Source of the DNA: Chiloscyllium plagiosum
Taxonomy: Eukaryota
Assembly (NCBI RefSeq): GCF_004010195.1
Contig: NC_057719.1
Location: 75,272,557 to 75,313,584 of the forward strand
Reading direction: 5' to 3'
Length of the DNA stretch: 41,028 nucleotides
Numbering within the stretch: position 1 is the stretch's first letter; each line of letters opens with the position of its first letter. Below the pieces are notes generated by a model. The model did no database searches and was not told the origin of the DNA. It worked only from the letters and a program-made list of their open reading frames with translations. Shown here in pieces: positions 22,219 through 32,449 of this stretch. A program made the translations under genes and the position numbers.

Positions 22219-22640
22219 CGGGATGGGACCATTCGTCGCCACTGCCCTTTCACCACGAGGACGCTTCGCCACCGCCCATTGGCCACTGAGGACGCTTCGC
22301 CACCGCCCATTGGCCACTGAGGACGTTTCGCCACCGCCCATTGGCCACTGTGGACGATTAGCTACCGCAAGTGTTTGTAACTCCTTTTTATGTATAAACC
22401 AATAAAATGATATTTATTTCACCTTTTTTTATCAATATGTACTATGTTGTTGTATAAATAAGGGTGACTGAGAAGTATGAAAGAACAGGCAGGAGGGAAA
22501 ACAATTAGTACATATATATATCTTTCCGGTGGCGAATAGTGTCCAGAGGTCAAACGACCCCAGTGGAGAAACGCTGGTGGCGAACCGGCAGTGGCTAATC
22601 GGTGACGGCGAATGTGCCGCGGCGAATCGTCACCAACCCA
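22219..22640. mobile_element. Non-autonomous foldback-like DNA transposon with 8-9 bp TSD
   Basis: (A)CATTAGAG occurs at 22210-22218 and 22640-22648. Imperfect TIRs: GGGATGGGACCATTCGTCGC versus reverse complement GGGTTGGTGACGATTCGCCGC. Three 31-bp subterminal repeats at 22257-22349; AT-rich core. Confidence 0.8.
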
Positions 22641-22704
22641 CATTAGAGAGCTCTATTTAGTAACTGGCAATGTACAAGTGTTAATGTACACGAAGAATAG
22701 AAGA

Positions 22705-24430
22705 GGGGAGATAATGACCTAGTGCTATAATTACTGAACGATTAATCCAGATTTGTCTATTAAATAATGTTCTGGGACCTGGGTTTGAATTCTGCTGCGG
22801 TGAATGGTGGAATTTGAATCCCATAAAAATATCTAGACTTAAGAATCTACTGATGACCATGAAACCATTGTTGATTGTTCATCTGGTTCACTAATGTTCT
22901 TCAGGGAAGGAAATCAGCAATCCTCACCTGGTCTGGTCTTCATGTGAATCCAGACCCACAGCAATGTGGCTGATGCTCAACTACCCTCTAAGATGGCCAA
23001 GCAAGCCATTCAGTTGTACCAATCGCTACAAAGTCTCATCAAAGAAATGAAACCGGATGGACCAGCTAGCATTGACCTAGGCACCCGGACAAGATAACAG
23101 CAGAAACAGCTCTGTCGACCCTGCAAAGTCCTCCTTCCTAACATCTGGGGGATAGTGCCAAAATTGGGAGAGCTGTCTCACAGACTAGCCAAGCAATAGC
23201 CTGACAATAGTCATACTCATGGAATCTTACCTTACAGGCAATGTCCCAGCCACCACCATCACCATCCCTGGATATATCCTATTCCACTGGCAGGACAGAC
23301 CCAGCAGAGATGGTGGCACAGTCGGGAGGGAGCTGTGAGAGTCCTCGATATTGACTCCTGAAGTCTCTTGGCTTCAGGTTAGACATGGGCAAGGAAACCA
23401 CCTGCTGATTCTGAAACAATTGGAGACACAGGATCCTGCAAAGACTACCGTCTCTGACAACATTCCAGCAATAGTACTGAGGACTTGTGCTCCAGAATGT
23501 GCTGTTCCCTCGCCAAGCTGTTCAACTACAGTTATAACACTGGCATCAATCTGACAATGTGGAAAATTTGCCAGGTATGTTTTGTACATAAAAAGCAGAA
23601 CAAATCCAATCGGGCCAATTACCACCCGATCAGTCTACTCTCGATCATCAGTAAAGTGATGGAAGGTGCCATCAACAGTGCTATCAAGCAGCACCTGCTC
23701 AGCAATAACCTGGTCAGTGATGCCCTGTTTGGGCTCTGCCAGGGCCACTCAGTTCCTGTCCTTATTAGAGCCTTGCGTCAGACACAGATAAAGAGCTGAA
23801 TTCCTGAGGTGAGGTGATGCATTCGACTGAGTGCGGTATCAAGGAACCCTAGCAAAACAGGAATTAATGGGAATCGGGGACAGAGTTTGTTCTGGTTAGA
23901 ATTATACCTGGCACATAAGAAGATGGTTGCTGTTGTTCTTGGAGATCAGTTATCTCAGCTTCAGCATATTTCTGCAGGAGTTCCTTAGAGTAGTGTCCTA
24001 GGCTCAAACCATCTTCAGCTGCTTCATCCATGACCTTATTCCTATCCAGAAATGGGGATTTTTGCCAATGATTGCACAATGTTCAGCACCATTTGTGATA
24101 CCTCAGATACTGAAGTTCAAAAGTTCATGTTCAAATTCAACATGATCTACACGTTTCAGGCTTGGGCTGATAAGTGGCGAGTAACATTCGCACCACCACA
24201 AATGCTAGGCAAAAAATATCTCCAATAAGAGACAATCTAACAAACTCCCCTTGACATTCAATAGCGTTAAAATCACTGAAACCCCCACTATCAACAGCCT
24301 TGGGGCTAGCGTTGACCAGAAACTCAACTGGACTCACCAGATAAACACAGTGGGTACGACAGCAGGTCAAAGGCTAGAAATACCGTGGTGAGTAACTCCC
24401 CTCCTGACTCCACAAAGCCTGTCCACATCG
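22705..24430 (+). mobile_element. Internally deleted CR1/L2-group LINE: tRNA-like head, APE endonuclease start, RT
   Basis: NIWGIVPKLGELSHRL...VILMESYL...IPGY...QDRPSRDGG (endonuclease), then DNIPAIVLRTCAPE..LAKLFNYSYNTG..WKICQVCFVHKKQNKSNRANYHPISLLSIISKVME (RT), and FANDCT at about 24060. Confidence 0.88.
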
Positions 24431-26799
24431 ACAATACAATTCTTTGCAATTTGGCGTGTTCCACAATCACCCTTAAAGCTCAGCTTTTCCCACCAACCCA
24501 TTCCAGAAAAGATAAGTTGGTGGTCAGAAGCCTCCCTTGAACCTGTTACCTTCCATTCTCCCCTCAGTCATCAATTGCCTTCAGAGGTTTTACCACTTCT
24601 TGAGTTCAGTCCCTTCATTAAATAAGAAGGAAGTAACTGCGCACAAAATTGAGATAAGTTAAATAGAATCTCTATTCATTTGAAAATTCAACTCTTCTTG
24701 AAAAAAAAAATTAATGTTTGACAAGTTAATTCTTCTCCCAGCTGAGTACAATTGAGAGATTACAAAACATAAGCTGTGTTACCAGTAACTTCATGAGTTG
24801 TTTTACATGGAACATATGCAGAGCCGCTGTTAAAGAAAATTTTTGACACAAATATATCTCAGTAATATTTTAAATTATCCTCCCTAAGTTTTTCCATGAG
24901 TACATTCTATTTTAAAAGGACAACAACTGAACTGAAACTGTTAAAAGCTGAATTAAAAACAGTCAGCTGATTGAATGGTTTTGTTAAAACCTGGGGAAAC
25001 TGGTACTCTGCACTTACTCAGCATATGAGCTGGGAAGATCACAGCAATTGGTAAATATTTTTCATCTAAACTTCAAAATACAATCTTTAATAAACTTGTT
25101 AATGCACTAATCGGTTCATAAATGTGTTCATGTTCATGTGAAAATGTATTTTTGCCTCATTAGATCTTTAAAAAACTTTAACTTTTGACTTCTTTCAATT
25201 ACTGAGAAAAATCAGCAGTTGCAATTTTTTTAACAAACAAGCATTTTAAGTGACTTATGAGGAACAGTTATGAGCCCCAGTGGAACATTAATGAGCAGCA
25301 AGCTCATTAAAATGTGACTCCTTAACTCTGTTGACTGAAGATCCTGTGGAAGGTAAGAGTAACAGCGCGAATATTCTTTATAACAAAAGTAACTGTTGTC
25401 ATAGAACTTTTCAATTGAGCATGTTACAGATCAAGTTGAACATAATTGCTGATTGATATGGAAATCGTGAATGGCAAAGGAAATTTTTTATTTGCAATTT
25501 CCAATAATATTGGCAAGAAAAATGAACTGGATGACACTGTATGATAGAATCCAGTGTCAGGAGCTTGTAATATGCCCAGCCTTGCAAAAGACGGGCTTGT
25601 TATCCTTGGGACATGTGGTGTGTACTGAATGGCTAAATGCAGTCTATTTGTTGACCTGATAAGTTAGAAGTGAAGAAAAGCTTCCAAATAATCAATCTCA
25701 GTTTTTTCAATTTGAGATTTTAACTTTTGAAGGAACATATCATTGATTTGGGTGGAAGGTGAAAGTCATGAAATATTTGAAGTCACGAAAGACTGGCACC
25801 CTGAATGTGCACCCAATGAAGTTTCAGGATCCAGTCCATGCTAGTGAATTTATATTTGATTTTATTGAGGCTGCTTTTAGATTAAGAAACACGCCCTATT
25901 GAAACAGTTGGCTCCTCTGTTCTTTTCATAAGAATGTGCTTTATAAATTAGGCAGACTTCAACAAGCCTGCACTGCCATTTCCCATGGCAGATATACAAG
26001 TCTACAATACAGATGTTCTTTCTCAATCTTACAGTTTCGGACTCAGATAAGGCTGTGTGATTCATCCAGGCCATATATTAGACCCACGATACAGATTTTA
26101 CTTTTCAACTTTCAACGTGAGTCAGATTAAGATGTAATTCATCGGTGAAAGATAAGTATCAGAATGTTAAAAAGAAATAAATAAACAGTGCTTGAGAGAC
26201 GAAGATCAATCTAAACTAGTGAATAAACTACACCATCATTTGCAGCAGATTAAATCTGTGCCAGAACCTTGAGGGATGGTGATGTGGCCATTATATTAAC
26301 TAAAGATTAGATTTGTTTTCTCAAAGTTAGTTTGAACTGGTGACAGAAATGAGGTTTACCCAGTGCAGAGCTATGCAGCTAAGGTTCAGCCTCTGATGCT
26401 TAAACCTGTCTCAGCTAGAGTGGGAGTTGGAATATTTTTACAATTAACTGCAGCAAGGGGCTTGGAGCAAAATGAAAATCAACTCAACTGAGACACTCTT
26501 AGGAATGTGTGTGCCTGTAAACATTGGAGTGGGGCAAAATTGGGCTTTCTTCTGCTGGGTCGATTAGTTTTCTGACTGCGCAGCTCTTGCTGAACTAGTA
26601 CTGTTCACATCCTCAGGTAAAAAAATGGGGAGGTAACTGAAAAGAAACATTGTCAGTGAAAGCTTATTTCTCAGCTTGAACAACCGGCACCCACATGCAA
26701 CCAATCCTTCTCGCGGCTTAATGGCAGTTAGGGATTCTGAGGCAGGCTAATACTGAGGACTTACTCAATAGTTACTGTTTACATCAACATAGATAGTGA

Positions 26800-27765
26800 T
26801 TTGGTTCGTTAACAGAAAAGAGAGATGAGGCGTAAAAGCATCATTTGAGTTGGTAAGGTGTAATGAGTGGAGTGCCAATGGGATAGGAATTGTGGATTCA
26901 GCTGTTTCCAAAATATATCTATTTAGTGATGAAGGGACCAAAGGTCCTGAAGGCTAAATATGCTGATGACACAACACAAGTTGTGTAGAGAGCTTAAGGA
27001 GTTTACAAAGGGATATAGATAGGTTACAGGACAAAGGCTTGGCAGGTGGAGTGTAACGTGGGCAAGTGTGAACTTGCCAACTTTGGCAGGAAGAATAATT
27101 TAAATAGAGACAGATTGAAAATTCTGGGTTACAGAAGACTCTGAGTGTCCTGGTATATGCATCACAACAAGTTGGTATGAAGGGACAGAAGGTGATTAGG
27201 AAGGAAAATAGCGTGTTACTTATTGCAAGAGGAATTGGTGAGATTACATTTAGAGTACTGCGTATGCTGTTGGCCACTATATACAAGAGAGGATATAATC
27301 GTATTAAAAGTAGTTCAGGGAAGTTTCACTTAGCTGACTCTTGGGAGTTGGAATTATTTTATGTATAAGATTGAACAGATTGAGCCTGAATCCATTAAAA
27401 ATTCGAAGAACGAGAGGTGATTTTAATGAAACTCATAAGATCCGAGGAGACTTGATGAGGTCGATGCTGAAAGTGTGGATCCCATTGTGGAAGGGTCTAG
27501 AACTTGGTGAGTTCATTTAACAATTAGTGGCCTCCCATTTTAGGCATATATGAAGTGATTTTTGTTTCCTCTTAATGCGTTATGTGTCTGTGGAACCCAA
27601 AGAACAGTCGAGCTGGGGGCTTTGTATATAAGTCGATAGATTTTTGACTAACAGGGGAGTCATTGGAGTAGATAGGACAATACAGTTGAAGCCACCATTA
27701 TATCAGTCATGACTTTATTGAATGGTGGGATAAGTGTGAGGGGCTGAATGGTCTACTCCTCCTAA
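26800..27765 (+). mobile_element. Decayed CR1 LINE, RT to 3' end
   Basis: VMSGVP..., AKYADDT (about 26952-26972), LQRDIDRL and a CR1 3' UTR. Confidence 0.85.
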
Positions 27766-28394
27766 TTTGTGTTATTGTATGTTTGTATATATGTTCATAT
27801 AATAAGCAGTCAGGCTATTCACAGGCAAGGTAAATATTCCAATGTATGCAGATTGCTCTTTAATGCCTAGTGATATTTAAAATTGGCACCTATGCTTCTT
27901 AAAGTATCTACATGGAAAAAAAATGCAATTATATAAATCTTTACTGGACAAGGATCTGCATCAAATAGAAATACTGGTAACAGTTCTGCAGTTCCCTTGC
28001 CCACCACTATGATACACATTTTAGGCATTATAAATGAAATATTTTGTCGATTTCCAAAGACCTAAGATTGACTATTGTAAATCACTCTAGTGCATAGCTT
28101 TGTGAGGCCACCTATACTGTTATTAATATGCAAAGCTTACCTTCTCTGGGTTAGGATTGGTTTAGTAGTTTAGCAGGTCACTATACGCTGTGCATTCTTC
28201 ATGTTAATCCCTTTACCAATCACAGTCCACTTGCCAACCAGCAACCCCTTCTTTTCAAATCATATAAATTATTATTCCCTTAAAGATTTAATATTCTTGC
28301 AATTCTGAAGAATGCAAGATGAGAAACTTGAAAATTACTCAGCAATACTCGAGTTCTGTGCTACCAACTGATAACCTCCATGGCGATGCAATGC

Positions 28395-29120
28395 TGTCAG
28401 TACTTAAATGGAGAAAAAAACTGCAGAAAGCTGCAATACAAAGGGACTTTGTGGTACTTGTGCATGAAACACAGTAAACTAGCACACAGGTACAGCAGTA
28501 ATCAGGAAGGCTAATGGAATGTTGACACTTGTTTCAAGGGGGTTGGAGTATAAGAGTAGGGAGGTCTTACTACAACTGTACAAGGTGCTGATGAGACTAT
28601 ATCGTGAGCAGTTATGATCCACTTATTCAAGCAAAAATATTATTTAATTGGAGGCATTTTAGACACGGTTCACTGAGATGATCCCTGTCATGGAAGGATT
28701 GTCTAATGAGCAACTGTTAAACAGGTTGGGACTCTACTCATTGGAATTTAAAGAATGAGAAGCAATTTCATTGAAATGTATGGAATTCTTAAGAGGCTTG
28801 ACAGGGTATATGTTGAGAGGGTGCTTTTCCTCATGAGCGAGTCAAGGACTGGAGGGTATTGTCTCAGAGTAAGGGAGTGCTAATTTAAGACTGAGATGAA
28901 GAGGGATTTCTTCTCTCAAAGGGTTGTAAGTCTTTGGAGCTGCTTGCCACAGAGAGTTGTGGGGGCAGAGTCCCTGCGTATATTTAAAGATGAGATAGAT
29001 TCTTGTTCAGTCTGGGAATCCAGGGTTATGGGGAAAGGGCAGAAGAGTTGAATCAGTCATGATGCTATTAAATGGCAGGGAAGCTCAGAGGGGCTTATAT
29101 ACCTAATTCTTATGATCTTA
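28395..29120 (+). mobile_element. Decayed CR1 LINE 3' fragment
   Basis: QRD..VLVHETQ..IRKANGML..GLEYKSREVLLQLYKVLMR..KTEMKRDFFSQRVVSLW. Confidence 0.88.
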
Positions 29121-30843
29121 CAGGTGCAGTACATGCAGCAGAAAGGCATTGTTTTTTGTGCAGTTTAATGGTCATACAGAGACTTTAAGTAAATACCTTA
29201 CAGTTCTGGTGAGTTAGACATTTGAAATGAACACTATGTGTTCACCTGGAATAATAGTACTTTGGTCTTGGTCACTGAACATGTCCACTTCATTGCAATC
29301 TAGGCAGTTCCACATGTGCACTTGCTGATACTACTGGGCCTCATTTTCAGGTTCATTATAGTTAATTGTGCATGAAACCTCTTAATCCCATTTAGGAAAA
29401 AAAGAAAAATGCCTGGACTGATCCCCCGACTTCAAATTGACTGTGACAGTCTGCAAAGTTTTAGAAGCAACTTTGTAAACATAACTATCTGAACTGAAAT
29501 CTTCCCTTTTCCAGCCATGGATGGAATTTCATTTAAATCAAATTATATTAACAGCTGAATACTGATATTTTTAAGCAGGAGCCGCTGACTTTGTGAGAGA
29601 ATTGTTCAGAAAGAAGACTTGGACAAGTTAATGATGGGGCTAATCCCACATTCTACCCCCTCCATATCCTCACCCGACCCTCAACTCCCTCTTCCCTACA
29701 ATCTCGCCACAAAGTTGCCAAACAGAGGAAGATTCTGCCTAAGATGTGATTACTTGAAAGTGTAACTTCTTAGATGGATGTCTGCTTTTTTTTCCCCATT
29801 GAATACCCAATGTCACAGAATTTCAATCTTCAGACAATGTTGCCCTCCTCCCCATTCTCCCTCTGAACTATTTGCCTCCCTTCCATTTTATTTTCTTTAC
29901 AATGTAAAAGATTCACCCCTGAAGTATCACAGAACAGTCACAACAGACAAGAAGGTCTCACAGCCTAATGTGTTTATGTCAGCTCTTTGCTACAGCAATT
30001 CAGCTAGTCCATTCTCCTGCCATTTCCCTGTAACCTATACTACAGTTTGTATTATTAGGTGCTTAATGAATTCTTATTTGAAAGCCACAGTTGAATATTA
30101 TGTCACCACTCTAAATCTAATTGCTTCACTTGGGGAATTTCTGGAAGCAAATGATAATAAAGCTAATCCTTTGTCCCAAATCTGTGCAGATTCGTGACAG
30201 TATGCCCTAATCATTGAAAGTCTGATGGTATCTCTCCAAAGTTACCTGTATTTGCAGATGACTCCACCCAGTTTTATATTCAAACTGTTGATGAATTCCT
30301 GAAAACTTTAGACATAAAGTGAAGATCTTGATCAGAAGATATCTCAGTTGGTGGTTCACAACAAGCCCACCACTACCCTACCTATAATTCTGCTTAAAGA
30401 AGTAGGATTTGGGAATCTTATTGTCATATCAATAATTATGAGGGTATACTGATGTCCTGCTTTTGATTTTGATGATGGTCCTTTGCAATCAACTAAGATT
30501 CAACTAAATGGTTCTTTTAAAACTGATATGATTGCATGTTGAGGTTTTCCTGCCATCTAACATATATGAGATGTTTTATGGAATTGCAGTACATCTTTAT
30601 GAAGTCCTGGCCGTGTAAAATACCTGTTTATTCCATATTTCTTTATGTTCTGCCATAGAAACTTCATGTACTACTTGCAAGATCTCCTTATGATATCTGG
30701 GCACCATCATTATTTGATGAACAATTGACTATCTGTGAGGATGTCTCATCTTACCAAAAGACCAGAAGCTGTAGGAGCAGAATTAGGCCATTTGGCCTGA
30801 TGAGTCTGCTCCACCATTCAATCATGGCTGATATGTTTCTCTG

Positions 30844-31397
30844 TCAAAGAGTGTGGCGCTGGAAGAGTTCGGCTGGTCAGGCAGTATCTGAGGAGCAGGA
30901 CAATTGATGTTTTGGGCATAAGCCCTTCATCAGGAATGAGGCTTGTGGGTCAAGGGGGCTGAGAGATAAATGGGAGGGGAGGGGGTGGAGGAAGGTAGCT
31001 GGGAATGCGATAGGAAGGTGAAGGTGGGGTTGATGGTTATAGATTGGAGAGAAGGGTAGAACAGATGGGTGGGAAGGAAGATGGACAGGTAGGACCATTC
31101 AACACTGCACCGTCCATCTTTCTTCCCATCTATCCTCTCCACCTTCCTCTCTGACCTATAATCATCACCCTCGCCTTCATCGACCTATCGCATTCCCAGC
31201 TACCTTCCCCCCACCCCATCCCCCCCTCCCATTTATCTCTCCACCCCCCGAGGATCCCAGCCTCATTCCTGATAAACAGCTTATGCCCGAAACGTCAATT
31301 CTCCTGCTCCTCAGATGCTGCCTGACCTGCTGTGCTTTTCCAGCACCACACTCTTCAACTCTGATCTCCAGCGTCTGCAGTCCTCACTTCCTCCTAA
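30844..31397. mobile_element. Long palindromic PLE insertion (family A) with 13-bp TSD
   Basis: Diverged inverted arms at about 30844-31087 and 31112-31358 (purine-rich versus pyrimidine-rich), with a tail at 31359-31397. ATATGTTTCTCTG occurs at 30831-30843 and 31398-31410. Confidence 0.9.
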
Positions 31398-31894
31398 ATA
31401 TGTTTCTCTGCCCCATTGTCCTCTCTTCTCCCTTACCAGCATATTTCCTTACCAATCAAGAACCTATCTAATACAGTAAATGATCTAGGTTTCAAAGTCT
31501 TCTGCAGCAATGAGTTCCACAGATTCACCACCCTCTAGCTGAAGAAATTCCTCCTCATCTCAGTTTGAAGGGATCGTCCCTTCACTCTGAGGCTATGCCT
31601 TTTGGTCCTAGTCTTGCCTACTAATGGAAACATCTTCTCCACACCCACTCTATCCAGTCCTCTCAGTATTCTGTAAGTTTTAATGAGATTCCCCCTCATC
31701 CTCATAAACTCCATTAAGTAGAGACCCAGAGTCCTCAACTGCTCCCCATATGATGAGGCCTTGATTCCTGAGATCATTTTTAGAACCTTCGCAGGATTCC
31801 TTCCAAAGGGGCTCCTAAAGCACCTTCCTCCTTAGATACTGGGCCCAAACTGCTCGCAATATTCCAAATGCGGCCTGACCAGAGACTTATACAA

Positions 31895-32035
31895 AACGAA
31901 AGTGAGGACTGCAGATGCTGGAGATTAGAGTCGAGAGTGTAGTGCTGGCAAAACACAGCAGGTCAGGCAGCATCCGCGGGTCTCCTGCTCCTCAGATGCT
32001 GCCTGATCTGCTGTGCTTTTCCAGCACTACACTCC
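31895..32035. mobile_element. Short palindromic PLE insertion (family A) with about 16-bp TSD
   Basis: CCAGAGACTTATACAA (31879-31894) versus CCAGAGCCTTACACAA (32036-32051). Arms at about 31935-31973 and 31995-32034. The hammerhead segment is absent. Confidence 0.85.
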
Positions 32036-32449
32036 CCAGAGCCTTACACAATCCCAGTCTTGTATTCTAATCCTTTTGAAATAAATGCTCCCATTGCCTT
32101 CCTAACTGGCAACTGAAATTACATGTTCACCTTAAGAGAATCCTGAACTAGGACTCCTCAGTCCCTTTGTGCTTCAGATTTCTGAAGCCTTTGCCCATTT
32201 AGAAAATAGTCTCCACCCCTATTCTTCCACACCTCACATTTCTCCACATTGTATTCAATCTGCTACTTGTTTGCCCTCTCTCCTAGCCTGTTCAAGTCCC
32301 GCTGCAGCCTCCCTGCTTCCTCTATGCTACCCAGTGCTTCACTTATCTCTGTGTTGTCTGCAATGCCCCCAGTCCTTTGTCCAAATAGTTAGTATGTCAT
32401 GTGAATATTTCCTCAGCAGAATTCCATTTCTAATATAATAACCCTGTAG

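Larger units (their letters stand above)
16695..22700 (+). mobile_element. Old Gypsy LTR retrotransposon (LTR-gag-[protease]-integrase-PPT-LTR), heavily interrupted
   Basis: gag SMFLNAIGPTANKVL...LIKTLNTYF at about 17870-17990 and IIRDSTVVGMR at about 18145. Integrase HGRHLGITKCRERAEKAVQWPG and EPMISSRFPNRSWKRLAMDLF at 20410-20605, RSYIVRNLDETFKRNRE at about 21495. Purine tract GGAGGGGGG then TGT at about 21755-21767. Diverged direct repeats at about 16720-17000 and 22105-22218. Confidence 0.75.
30755..32390 (-). mobile_element. CR1 LINE 3' fragment carrying two nested PLE palindromes
   Basis: Minus ORF MISGIKASSYGEQLRTLGLY...RMRGNLIKTYRILRGLDRV...TEMRRNFFS; 3' UTR at 30755-30843. Confidence 0.88.

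Noticed and set aside
22257..22349. 31-bp repeats as a CRISPR array or CpG-island promoter
   Set aside because: They have no spacers and sit inside a TIR- and TSD-bounded MITE.
30797..30815. CTGATGAG as another hammerhead core
   Set aside because: No helix II or GAAA follows; it is a chance match in a CR1 3' UTR.
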